A stretch of DNA of 63,504 nt, filler included, from Lenisia limosa (GCA_001655205.1; 15 parts of 15 records of this genome joined end to end with filler, not necessarily neighbours in it), one strand, 5' to 3'; counted from the first letter of the whole stretch, positions 36,313 to 48,937 are shown. Notes: generated by a model not told the origin, from the letters alone. Made by a program: numbers and translations.

Positions 36313-37643
36313 CAACTGATTGATCAGATGAACGCGATGGCTCAAATGCAAATCCCAAACATGGGTAATATGCCAAACATGGGCATGGGCAACATGGGAG
36401 GCAACTTGAACAACATGGCAGGCATGGGAAATATGCCGAATATGCCGAATACACCGGTCAATCCTCCCCTTCCCCCTTCCGCCGCTCCTGGCACAACCCC
36501 CAGCGCCCCTATCCATGTCGGTATGCAGGGGTTTGGGCTACTTCGGTACCAATACTGTTTTATTTTGAACAAGATATCAGATATTATATCCAGTGACTGT
36601 GATAAGTCTTGACCGACTTGGTACGTTATTACCCAAGGAAAATCGGTCAAGACGGTGACTGTAAGTACATTTATATAAGGACTATCAAAACAAATTACTG
36701 GGACTATTTCTGACATTATAGGCGGCCAACAGAAACAGGGACCCCCGGGAGCTAACATCTTCATCTACAACCTGCCTATTGTAAGCTAAATAGCTCCGAA
36801 AGCCAAAAAAACCACTTTCTTTTGCCCTATTTTCATTCCGCATTCAATTTCTGGGTTATTTTGAGTTCAACATAAAATGAGGCCACTAATACATCCTAGA
36901 CCTTCTCCGAGTCAGAAGTTATGGCTTCCTTTACTCCCTACGGCGAAATTGTGTCATGCAAGGTTTTCCTTGACAAAATGACGGGACAGAGCAAGGGCTT
37001 TGGTGGGGGGAGGGTCTCTGTTAGGAGTAAACCTATAGCTTGTGCTATAGAATTGTGAATCTTGCTAAACGATCAAATTTCAAATGCATGTATTTTGGGT
37101 ATTTTCTCAGGTCCCTTTCTAACATCTTTCTTTCTTATGTGCTTCCCATCACTAATATTTCGCAGGTTTTGTGTCATACAGCAACGCCATGTCTGCCAGG
37201 GCTGCTATTGATGGAATGAATGGTCTCCAGGTGGGAAGGGGGGTGTTGATGATGATAATAAGAGAGGGGCTATGATGATGATTGATATTGGTGGTTGGTT
37301 TTTAGATGCTTTTTTTTAGTTTGGTGTTTTTTTTTTCCCGTTTTTTTCCTGAGACGTATTTCCAAACATTGTACTTACAGCCAGATATTCAGATGAACAA
37401 GCTACCACTCCTAACCTTTTACAATCTTTTACAAATATCTTCAGATAGATATAGACGCTTTTTTTTTTTTTTGTTATGCTCTATTTATCTCTAATCTNNN
37501 NNNNNNNNNNNNNNNNNNNNNNNNNNNNNNNNNNNNNNNNNNNNNNNNNNNNNNNNNNNNNNNNNNNNNNGTCAAAACTAATATAGCAGGTCGGAAACAA
37601 GAGGCTGCAGGTGGAACTGAAGAAGGACCGTACACCATACTAA
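36313..37643 (+). CDS. CELF: CELF/Bruno-like RNA-binding protein, C-terminal part with RRM3
   Basis: GGQQKQGPPGANIFIYNLPITFSESEVMASFTPYGEIVSCKVFLDKMTGQSKGFGFVSYSNAMSARAAIDGMNGLQVGNKRLQVELKKDRTPY*. The GPxGANxFIY entry and the LKVQLK...PY* ending are CELF RRM3 signatures; preceded by an M/N/P/G-rich linker. Confidence 0.9.
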
Positions 37644-37675
37644 GCCAGGACGCTTGCTTGGCGTCAGGCTCTCAC

Positions 37676-37797
37676 TCATCTTAGACATGCTCCGGCAGGC
37701 TTCTCCTCCTCGCTGTCCGAGCTTGAGTTTGAGCTGGATGATGTAGCTGTCGATGATGATAATGAGGGTGTTGAGTTGCCGGATGAGGGAGCGGAAG
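37676..37797 (-). CDS. Last exon of a convergent hypothetical gene (Ser-rich tail)
   Basis: SAPSSGNSTPSLSSSTATSSSSNSSSDSEEEKPAGACLR*; truncated by the spacer. Confidence 0.5.
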
Positions 37798-37908
37798 NNN
37801 NNNNNNNNNNNNNNNNNNNNNNNNNNNNNNNNNNNNNNNNNTTAATTAATTAANNNNNNNNNNNNNNNNNNNNNNNNNNNNNNNNNNNNNNNNNNNNTCT
37901 TAACCCAG

Positions 37909-38871
37909 GCTTTCAACCAGTACGACACTGACAAGGATGGTAGGCTGGATCGGGGGGACGAGGATTGTAGGCTTGATCGGGGAGGTAGTAATTTCTTCTC
38001 TTCTCTCAATTAAGGACAGTTCATATTAGAGGGGAATAGTGAAGCATTATCATTTCTGCTATGAATATCCTGCTACTCAAATACTTAATGTTTTCCATAT
38101 CATATTCCAAAAGTCATAGTTATGCGAAACGATCTGAACTTTTTCTCCACTGACATTACTCCTACTTTCATTGGAAATTACACAACAGGCAAATGGAGTC
38201 CCCAGGAGGTCGTAAACTACGCTTCTTTCATCAATAACGCACCATGTCCTCCTGAGTTTGCAACATGGTTNNNNNNNNNNNNNNNNNNNNNNNNNNNNNN
38301 NNNNNNNNNNNNNNNNNNNNNNNNNNNNNNNNNNNNNNNNNNNNNNNNNNNNNNNNNNNNNNNNNNNNNNNNNNNNNNNNNNNNNNNNNNNNNNNNNNAA
38401 TTTTTCAGCTTGTCACGTATGACGATAACCACCCAGGATGTGTTCAAACTTTGAGTCATCTAACGGTTTCCTTGAACTGGGTGGGTTCCTGGACTTCATC
38501 AGAATGCAGACGTATAAGTACCCCGAAGAGACAATGGAGGACTTGAGGCATGCGAGGATTGTGCATTGATGAGGTCACACTTGACAATTTTTTAATATCG
38601 AAAAAAAAAAAAAACATTGGACAAAATGTGGGGGTATAAACCTTCTTCTGTAGAAAGTAGTTTTTTCCTTGAGATGAAAAATGATGGATTATTCAGATTT
38701 ATGTCAGACCCGAATTCGCCTCTGATATTTGGCACCGTATTTAACCTCCACAGAAAGCTTGGCTTCAACATGACGGCCGAGGCTGATGATAAGATGAACA
38801 ACGAGGATGACGATGACGATGACGATGATGACTTAGATATGGACGTGGATGATGTTATGAATATGATGTAG
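37909..38871 (+). CDS. EF-hand protein with EF-associated helix and acidic tail, 5'-partial
   Basis: AFNQYDTDKDGKWSPQEVVNYASFINNAPCPPEFATWMCSNFESSNGFLELGGFLDFIRMQTYKYPEETMEDLRKLGFNMTAEADD...DDDD...MM*. It has a DxDxDG EF-hand loop and an L..GFL.F...Q....ET..DL.KLGF pattern; the last intron needs a GC donor. Confidence 0.75.
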
Positions 38872-39313
38872 GAATATTATCAAAACAAAGAGATGTTTTT
38901 AGAGTAGTTGGATAAAAATAATTTCGAAGTGTCAGAGAAGAAATGTGGTACAAATGTGCTGATGTGGTATGTGGTGGTAAGTTAGTAGCGTGGTAGTGCA
39001 GACAGAGAGGTGCAGAGTAAGATGATGTTGTTACAAAAAGCACAGAAGACAAATCCAAGTAGCAAAGCACAAGAGATCCATCTACTACATCTGATCTACA
39101 GTAGCAAGCTAGGCCACGGGCAGTCCTCCTCTCAAAATTTTGCTGCGAAAACTGTGCAATAGCGTTTAGAGCGTGTATATTGATTGATTGGTATTGGTCT
39201 GCCAACATTAAGAAAAAATTTCATTATTAATGATTTTTGGGCAGGAGGACTGCCCACGGTGGCGCAGGGGATTATTTCCGAATTTGTTTTTTTGTGAAGG
39301 AAGCCCTTTTAAG

Positions 39314-42300
39314 ATGTCAGCTCTTCGCTATGCTCATCAAAAACTGCGTTATGATGCAGAGAATACGAGTATTGCAACGAATGCTGGGGTAGGAAAGAAC
39401 CTGATGGAGCGTATGGGCTGGCAAGAGTGAGTTGCACTGCTTCTTCGATTGTGTTAACACATTTTAGTGGTAAGGGACTCGGAAAGGAAGAGCAAGGTAA
39501 CCAACTACATGTGCAGACTCAACTAAAGAACAATGTTCATGGTGTATGCTGGGTGATCTTGTGCACACTTCCTGAAGGGATAGATGGACTTATTTTATAT
39601 TGATTTTTGTTGTGGATGAAGGTTTTTGAGATAAAGCTGGTGAAATTCAGAGGAATATTCTCAAAACAACTGTGTTTTTCGCTGCGTCATTTTGCACTTG
39701 TTTGTTTTTGAACCTTAATTAGATAACATGAGTAACCCATCAGGTGGGGCACAAGCAAGTTAATTTCGACAACAACTGGTGGGACAACGCCTACGCCGCA
39801 GTGTCTAAGTCCATTGTAAGAAGGGCCGATTTGTTTCGATGGATGGTGAAACACGTCCTTCTGGTGGCCGCTGAATAGCCCATTAACCTCATGTTAAAGA
39901 TGGGTTCAATTTTCTAGAATCCCTATTGTTGAAAAATGGTTTTGCTTGTAAATAGGAAGTGAATCTGTCCATGACATAATTTGTGATTTCATGATTATTG
40001 CATGCCGATTGTCAATTATGTTCCAGGATTCTTCGAGTTCATCATTAGCGCTTCTTTCTGACAGGTGGGGTGGCAGGTTGCATAGGCTGATGAGAATGAG
40101 CATCACATCGGATCAACCCTGAATAGTATCGTGGCATTTTGTGTCTTTCTATGTATTAGATGGAAAGTGTAACGCACATTTCAGCGATGATGAAGAGGAC
40201 GAGAAGTCTAGAAAGAGAGCGAAAAGGAAGGAGTTGAAGGAGAGGAAGGAAGAGAAGAAAAGAAGAAAGCAAGAGAAGAAGGAGAAGAAGGAAAGAGAAG
40301 CGAAGAAGAAGCAGGAGGATGACGAGAAAGAAAAGGACGAGTCTGAAGAGCCAGCCAACTTAGCAGCCTCATTCCTTATGCCCGGCATGGGTATGGGACT
40401 CGGACTTGGAGCAAACCAAGGTTTGTAAACAATTATATCATACTATGTCAAAATAGAGTTTGCTTCATTTCAATCTGAGAAAATTCTGTCTTTATTCCCA
40501 TCCGAAAGTGTAACTTCTCAGTTAAACTTGAATCACCTTGATAGGAACCACGAGACCCTCAACATTGAGTAGTTTCGTCAAGTCGTCAGACCTAGTACAA
40601 GATGATGATGGGTATGCAGGACCTCGTGTTCATGGGAAAACAATATCGACGATTTTTTTTGATTAACCCAAAGTACTCGAAAAAGTTGTTCAAGCAATGA
40701 GTGTTCTTCATTGCAGTTTGTGCCTGCATGCGTATTCCTTCTTTTCCATTATTTAGTCTTCTTTTTATTTACTGTTTTGTCTGTTGGCCAGTATTCATCG
40801 GGCATGGTATTTACCCTCCCTAGAAACACCGTCGAAGTTGAGCATGAAGTCATCAAGCTCGTCCGCGACAGTGATAGTGACAGTGACGATGATGACGTGG
40901 CTAAGAAAACCCTATCCTCCGTCAGAGCGCCTATCGACGTGAGTGGGGGAATTAGTCATGAGACTCCTCTTTTGTTGTAGCGCCATCTTTTTTGAGAGGG
41001 GCTTCGATCGCACTATCATGAAAAAAACTAGAGCCCAACGCTTGCCCACTAATGGTCCCATCCAGGATAGATTTATTCTAGGGATTCACTAAGGTTCGAA
41101 AAAGACTGGTTAAATAGAGGATTTATCGAGAAATTTCTTTTTTTTCGAAACGAAGTGAAGAGATGTATATTATTCTTGACTTATTTTCACCCCCCCCCCC
41201 TAACCTTTGTTTTGTTTTTTGTGTTGTTGTTTCGATTTCAATGTTTAATGTATGTGTGTTTGTTTTGCTTTGTTTTGTGCTTTGTGTTTGCCCAGCCAAC
41301 CCTTTTTTGTAGTCTACTTTTTTGCTCAGGATCAGTATGGTTAGAATAGTCACAGTTTGCTGATACCATATTGTTCGTACCTGTAGAGATTCTTTTCTGC
41401 AGTCTGGCTGGTCCGCGCTCTGTCCATCCAGCTTTGATCCCTTCGGGGGTCGTATGCTTGGCGGCTCTAAGCATTATGATTGGGTTGTGACCGTTAATAA
41501 GTCAGATTTTTTAACATTTCCCTTACTTTTTAACGCCTTACAGGACTCTTCAAAGGCTGGCTCGGGCTTGGTTTTGTTTTTGTTTTTGTGTTTTTGTCAT
41601 CTGGCTTTTTCTAGTTTTAGCGTTGGTTGCCCATGTTTGTTATTGCTTGTTTTTTGTTTTTTTGTTTGGAGTTCCAGATTATTCAGTTCGTGATTGAAAT
41701 TTCCTTCGTTTTACTCTCTCCCCCCACCCCCTTACCCTTTGCAGGTTACTTCCACTGTGAAAACGTTGACAGATGATGAGATTTTCAAGGCGTGTGGAGG
41801 CAGGAGGCTGCATCGTGGTGCGAGGAGACAGGAGGTTTGCTATTGATGGGGTGTTTTATGACCCTTGTTTTTGAATAACGATCACACAATGAATGGGATG
41901 CAACGTGACTGTGTAGTCGTCACAGGCGAAGCTGAAGCGCATGCAAGAGGCTGACAAGCTCTTTTCCGACAGTCTTGAGGCCTCCTCGGGATGTGTTCTT
42001 GGTGAGTGGCCTTGCTTCCAATCCCCCTCTCCAAACACACAACGCACACACACACACTCTCTCTCAATGTGTGTGAAACTGATCTTTATTTTGAGTCATG
42101 GTGTGGACTGCTATATACTAGTATATATATATCATATATATCATATATCATATAAGCATATTATTGTAGTTCTACTAGGTATCCTTTTTCAACGAGCTTG
42201 TGTTTTTACCCCCCATTTACGCCAATATTCATCGAAATTTCTATCGTTTTACTGCTGGTTCACCTAAGCGTTATGATTGGAATGTGACCGTTAATAAGTC

Positions 42301-43042
42301 CGATTTTTTAACATTTCCCTTACTTTTTTAACGCCTTACAGGTACGTTTGGGTGATCGAGCNNNNNNNNNNNNNNNNNNNNNNNNNNNNNNNNNNNNNNN
42401 NNNNNNNNNNNNNNNNNNNNNNNNNNNNNNNNNNNNNNNNNNNNNNNNNNNNNNNNNNNNNNNNNNNNNNNNNNNNNNNNNNNNNNNNNNNNNNNNNNNN
42501 NNNNNNNNNNNNNNNNNNNNNNNNNNNNNNNNNNNNNNNNNNNNNNNNNNNNNNNNNNNNAAGAGGAAACGGGAGGTATGTTCGAGTACATTTCGATTCT
42601 ATAAACGCTGTTTTTTTTGATAAAGCCTTGTTAATATATCCATCTTGATTTCGACTTAGAGTTTGTTTTTTTCTGGAGTGTTGTAAGCTTTGTTTTCCCA
42701 ACATATTTATAATAATCAGTAAACCTATCAAAGCTGTTTTTTGGTTGCCCTGTCTTCTCCTTTTTTATGCATGGTTGATTGTTTTAGAAGCCTAAAGACG
42801 AAAAAAAGAAGGAGAAGAAGGATGCAGAAGAAAGACGGAAAAGGGAAGAAAAAGAGAGACAGGAAAAGAAGGAGGAAGAGAAGAGAATAGAAAAAGAAAA
42901 GAAGGAAGAAGAGAAGAGGGAAAAGAAGAGGCTGAAAGAGGAAAATTCTGAAAAGAAAAAATTAAAAAAGGAGAAGAAAGAAATGAAAATGAAGGAAGAA
43001 TTAAAGAAGGTAAAAAAGGACAAGAAGAAAAAGAAGGATTAA
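39314..43042 (+). CDS. GPATCH4: G-patch domain protein 4-like
   Basis: G-patch GKNLMERMGWQDGKGLGKEEQG...KNNVHGVGH...FDNNWWDNAY; conserved LTDDEIFKACGGRRLHRGAR...AKLKRMQEAD block; K/E-rich low-complexity exons (40150-40420, 42788-43042). Confidence 0.85.
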
Positions 43043-43329
43043 GAAAGGTGATGGTTTGATATGGTATTTGGAAAAGGCAAGACTTTCGTAACAAGATATG
43101 CTCTGAAAGCAATAATACATGTTTTCTTATTTATACTCTAGTTAAGGAGTATTACGTATACATGATATATTACTATGATACTCTATATCACATCAGTCTT
43201 GATTCTATGTATGGATATAGTTTTGCGTGACTAGCAGCAAACTTCATAATATTACTTAGTTAAATGAATTCAGAAAGACTACCATAAAACATAACCATCC
43301 TATACCTAATGCATGTCAATATATTGGAC

Positions 43330-45610
43330 AGACACACGCACAGTGGCGCCTACGCGACTTTGGATTATCTGTTCGAATTTACCTGGGGGGGGGGAACGTT
43401 GTGAGTTACAGAGAACAGAGATGAAAAAAGACCCTCGTGCTCACCTAAGGCGGACATATGATCGGGCTGCTGTTCACCCTCCCTTCGTAGCACCAGAGGC
43501 GTGTTCGAATTGGCAGCTGAAGTGTCAATAAAATGTCAATTGATACTGATTATTTTTAGGCACTTTGAAAACACCAGTTGTAGTATTTGATAATAGTTAC
43601 ATGGTGAAGTTACGTTTTATCGTAAATATCTCAAATCGCATACTGACGATCGGATGATCAACATGCAAGCTACTTGGTGCAGCCGCGCTCGGGGATACCA
43701 GAAAGGCACTTGCAAGAACCTGGGGGTGAGGATGGGAACAAGTGGGTCGGGATAAACGGCCTTCAATCAAGATCGTAGTAGAAAGAGTCACGGGATTACC
43801 TGAGGGGAGCATTTCATTTTGGCGTTGCCGCATTCACAGTAAGTTTCATCTACAGGAGTGAAGGAAAAAGAATAATGAAAATATGTTAACATTTGGTGTC
43901 TCAATACTTGAGGGTTATCTTAAAAGCCCCATCCAACTAGTGCAAGAAAGAGAGTCGCACATAGGTGGCATTCTGAGTATGACGCTGGCTTGGTAGCTCA
44001 ACTGCGGACTAACGCCCTCGTGAACCTGGGGGGTTATTTCCAACTTATGGACCCTGGGTCAAGGAGGGATAGTTGATGCGCTATCTCTAGACCGCCAGCT
44101 TACCTCAGGGTATCCGAAGAGAATTGCTTGTTGTTGGAATGTTAAACTTTGTCCTTCTTTTGCCTGTATCTGCGTTAGAGAGGAAGAATAATATCTGGTT
44201 GAAGAAGTACACATATTTTCAGATTACCAATAGAAGGCAACCCACTAGGTGGCTGATCTCCAAAGCAGGGTGGGTTGCGGGGATATCTAAAAATGTTGGA
44301 CCAATTCTATTGCTCTAAAATATCATTATTTTCAAAATCTTCTTCAACCAGCGAACCTTTTCTCATGATGAAGATGACAGGAAAGTTATCCAGGACCGAT
44401 TTGCAGATGGTGAGACCGGGGAATAGAGTTGAATCACTGCAGTTCATTATTGAGCAGAAGGGATGAAGTTATATCGATTATTGATTTGTATTTATCGATA
44501 TCTCAAGGGGTACAGCGAAGTTATGAGTTTTGCTCAGAACCAACGTTGATCCATTTTCTCCCCTAATGTTCGTACACTAAAGTTTGAATTTGATGTGGCT
44601 CACATATTATCCCAATAAAATACAACATACAGCGGGTCAAATTCACCGAAAGATTAGACAGAAGAAGGGTATCTTCCACTTTACATCTAATCCNNNNNNN
44701 NNNNNNNNNNNNNNNNNNNNNNNNNNNNNNNNNNNNNNNNNNNNNNNNNNNNNNNNNNNNNNNNNNNNNNNNNNNNNNNNNNNNNNNNNNNNNNNNNNNN
44801 NNNNNNNNNNNNNNNNNNNNNNACCAGAAAAATCTGGGTGGTTAAGTGATCCATGAGGTAAATGTTTCCCACACCTTTTGATATTTCTGTCAATGTAGTG
44901 AATAACATAAAACGAAGACTCATTAAAGTAACCAAAATATTATGAATTGCAAGGAATAACCAAACCTCTCCAGCATAGAAGCTTTCTTCAATGACTAAAC
45001 CGTTTTCTTGCATGAATTGGAGATGCGTCTGTGCAGCGGTAACCGCCTAGCAGTGTGGGTTTACATGGTAAGTAGAGATGAGAAAAACTAGGTACTATGG
45101 CTGAAGCCATCTACCATCACGCTGATAAAAGAGATTCGATTCTAACAGAGTATGTAAATCTCTCAATGAATATATATCTCTTCACCACCTTACCGGGGAG
45201 CCAGACTTCAGTTTCGACATTTGAATAACTAAATGGTTGGAAGAAGTGGAAAACGGGTAATAATTCATTCTTCCATTTCTAAAAAATATTGAAGCTACAT
45301 GTCTTTGGAAGGTGGCTGACATGGATCGTAGAGGCAGGAGGGACTCACCTTTGGTCCACCATATCCGTTCGAGTCCAAGAATNNNNNNNNNNNNNNNNNN
45401 NNNNNNNNNNNNNNNNNNNNNNACAATAATTACCTCGTTATGGAATACGGACACAGCAATAATCACCTATCATCACTAATATCTTCAAGTTGCCACTCAC
45501 AAGAGAGCGACGAGAGGATTGGACTGCATTTCTTCGGTGACTTTGTCAACAGGGAAGTTGAAGTTTTCTGGTCTCATTGGAGGCAACGCAGGGGGAAAGA
45601 TGGTTCTCAT
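43330..45610 (-). CDS. Hypothetical multi-exon gene, divergent from RPA2
   Basis: MRTIFPPALPPMRPENFNFPVDKVTEEMQSNPLVAL then exons such as AVTAAQTHLQFMQENGLVIEESFYAGE and DSTLFPGLTICKSVLDNFPVIFIMRK; 3' end uncertain. Confidence 0.5.
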
Positions 45611-45959
45611 GTTTCAAGATGGGAAGGGTGGTGTGCAGCTGGTCTTTCGATCTTTGGGGGGTGATTAGGAATTATCAAGATGTGAATGTATGTATGATAT
45701 TAAGAGCGTAAGAGGGGCTCTGGAAGAGTCAAGGAAGAGTTAGTAAGACAACTAGGTAAAATAGCCTCCCAGGTTTTATTGATATTTATTTAAAGTGAAA
45801 GAGCCAGGACTAGGCAGGAAAACAGGAAACAGGAGACATATCAAAAGTTCTACAATCCATATCAAATTTTAAGTAGCAGAAGTAAGAAAACTGGATCAGG
45901 TTTAAGATTTTCTGTTTTTGAGTTTTTGAGTAAAACGTCTGACCGTAAAGCCGCTCACA

Positions 45960-48761
45960 ATGGGTCTGTTTCACGATAATCACCATATTTTTTAACTTCT
46001 TTAGAGTATTCCAACGTAGGCAGTCAACTGGTTTTGGCGGGTTTCCCTCTGCTGCCTTCTTCGTCTTTCTTTCTTTGATTCACCTATTTTTAGTCACCAA
46101 ACCCCAATGCAGCAGGATTCATGGGCGCTCCCCCTACCCCTCAGAATGATGATAAGGTTGGAAGATCTTTTACGCGCCTTTTCTTCCCTCCTTTCGTTCT
46201 CTCCCCTGTAACATGGGTTCTTTTTGAAATAGAAAGAAATACTAGTTATCAAAGTGCAATAAACGTATAATGTTTTGCGGCATCTCCATTCGCAATTTGC
46301 GAAACATACTCCACAATTCGGGAGTTCAGCAGAAGGAACTGTGTGTGTTTTCAGGACCTTACCTTACAGGAGAAGTCAAGACGCAACCACGTCATGCCAG
46401 TGACTGCTCACCTTGTATGCTGGGTTTTGAAGTTGAGCACATATGTTTGCCATAATTTTTATTTGCCAGTAGAGTTGCTATCTAGAGTTTATTCATATAC
46501 GTTGCTTATACCATATGAGATCAAAAGCTTTCGTATCATAAAGTCTTGCTCGTTTACCCTTGAAGTTGAACCAAAACACCGAGGATGGCCCTTGCAAAAT
46601 CTTCGGCATCGAACCCACGCACGTGAGCTTATTGTGAATAAGAAAAGTTGACTGTGTATTTTGAGAAATAATGCCCCCCCCCCCCTGTTCACACACATGC
46701 AGGTGTGCATCATTGGTGTTATCCTGAGTGTGCGACAAGAGAAGCAGAGTTGTTCCTTCAGTGTATGCCTGGTTATTCTAATATTACTCGACATGGGGGT
46801 TATAATACAATGTATAATCATGAGCTTACACGAATATCTGCTAATTACTTTTCTCATTTGCATCGAATCTGTTTCAAAAAAAAGAAGACTTCTGATTATG
46901 CTCTGACCATGACATCTCCAATTCAATAATATGACGGTTTTCCTCCCATAAAAAGGAAATATTCTGATATATAATCGAGTTTAACTCTTGTCTCAAAGAC
47001 AGCGATTTCGTCACCGTCGATAGGTCAACGATTCGACTGGAGACGTACAGTGCCGTTTATGGCTTGATGGTAAGGACGGAGAGGACAACCTGCCGATTCC
47101 AGAGTGCATTGCTGAGGGCCAGCGCGTCAAGGTCTTTGGCGCCGCCAAGGTCTGCATGGCTCGGAGGTTTCTGAGAGATTGAACATTAAATACAATCAAG
47201 GACTACAAATAATCATAGGAATTCCACCATATATGTACATCTGAGTCGTACTGCTTTTCTTTTCGGAGGATACAAGGATGGTCTATACGATGTTGTCCCC
47301 GCACCCCCTTCTTTCGACACACTTTTCATATGCTATTTTGTACAGAGTTTTGCCCCCCCCCCCCNNNNNNNNNNNNNNNNNNNNNNNNNNNNNNNNNNNN
47401 NNNNNNNNNNNNNNNNNNNNNNNNNNNNNNNNNNNNNNNNNNNNNNNNNNNNNNNNNNNGCCAGTGTGTCGGTTGTCAGCACCAACGCTATCACGCTCCA
47501 CATGATGGAGGTTATCCACGCCTCACACATTATCCAGGATGCTCCTGAGGTCGGTGATGGTGAGGGCTTTATTTTGTTTTGACCAAGTTATTAGTTTTAA
47601 ATTTCATTCTGTGCGAGATTGTTTTTGTATCTGATCATCACCCCAGATTACCATGCCACTGAAGGTACAGAAACCCAACCCCAATGCTGCTCCCTCTTAT
47701 GGTCAGCAGGCCAACATTGGTTAGTGGCACGTCCATGGGTATCTCAATGATTGATGAGTTTTGATAGAAACACATGGGGTGAAACAACTTATTCAAACAG
47801 CTGCTTAATTTATTACTGTCTCACCGTCACACCCCCAGGCAACCAGCCGCCCACATATGGAAGCAACCAGGGTGGCTTTGGCCAGCAGAGTAACTTTGGT
47901 GGACAGCAACAAGGCGGGTTTGCGAACCAGAATCAGGGGTACGGCCAGCAACAGCCACAGCAGAGCTACGGCCAACAACAGAACTCTTACAACGGAGGGT
48001 TCAACCAGCAGAACAACATGCATCAGAACCAGGGTGGCTTTGGCGGCTACAACCAGCCCCAGCAAAACAATGGTTTGCCGGTTTTCCATGTCTTTGGCTT
48101 GATATTTTGCCTGTTCTTGATTGACAAAAACTCATTATTCACCATTTAGGAGGCTACCAGCAGCAACAGCAACAGCAGTACAATGCTCCTCCCCAAAAGC
48201 AGGCATATGGTAGGAGGGCTGTTTACTTGTCTTCTGAAATGCATGCAATGTCTTCAATCTAACCTGACCCTCTCCAGGCAACCAATACAACCAGCCCCAA
48301 CAAAGCTACAATGCCCCGCAGCAAGGCTATGGCCAACAGTTCAACCAGGGCTACCAGCAGAACTCCGGCTTCGGCCAGCCCATGCAAGGTTTGGACTTTC
48401 GTACTGATGGTTTCATTGCCCTCTAACCTCTCCCCCTCTTATTTGATGTGTGTTTGTCTCATATCCTCTTCACATTACCACCCCCAGGTAACAACAGTGA
48501 CAACCAGCTGATGCAGCAGTGCACGGACGTACTGAAAAGCCAGAGCAGGCCTATGTCGGTCGAGTCCATTTCTCAAGTCATCAACGCGGACCCTAATCAG
48601 ATCAGGTAGGATCCAATACAATTATCGTTTTGGGTGCTTTGTGACTTCAGATCAGCTCATAGCGCCACTGACACCACAGGGAGTTATTCCAGATGATTTC
48701 TTCAACATCCGGTGAGGTGTTTGTAGAGGACGAGGAACAGCAGCTTTGGTCTCATATCTAA
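45960..48761 (+). CDS. RPA2: Replication protein A 32-kDa subunit-like (OB fold + long Q/N/G-rich linker + winged helix)
   Basis: MEYSNSPNPNAAGFMG...NHVMPVTAHL...KIFGIEPTHVCIIGVILSV...FSVNDSTGDVQCRLWLD...EGQRVKVFG...NAITLHMMEVIHA (RPA32 OB pattern); C-terminal ...MSVESISQVINADPNQIRELFQMISSTSGEVFVEDEE...* is winged-helix-like. Confidence 0.85.
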
Positions 48762-48937
48762 TGGCTTGGTTATATCATGTATTGTACAGTAGTATCAGAT
48801 TGCGGTGTTGACTCTATCGCTTCTATTACTTTCTCTACTACCTCAGCCCTATTACACATCATCAAAAATACATGATTAAATAAAGGCTTCTAAAGTTCGA
48901 CCGGAGTGGTCTGAAAGGTGAGTCATGCAAGAAGAAT

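Noticed and set aside
38678-38726. Box C/D snoRNA in the GC-AG intron (ATGATGG...CTGA)
   Set aside because: Imperfect C box, too short, no terminal stem and no rRNA complementarity that I could recognise.
42784-43112. Phe/Ser-rich minus-strand ORFs (also 40149-40388)
   Set aside because: Antisense shadows of the K/E-rich GPATCH4 exons.
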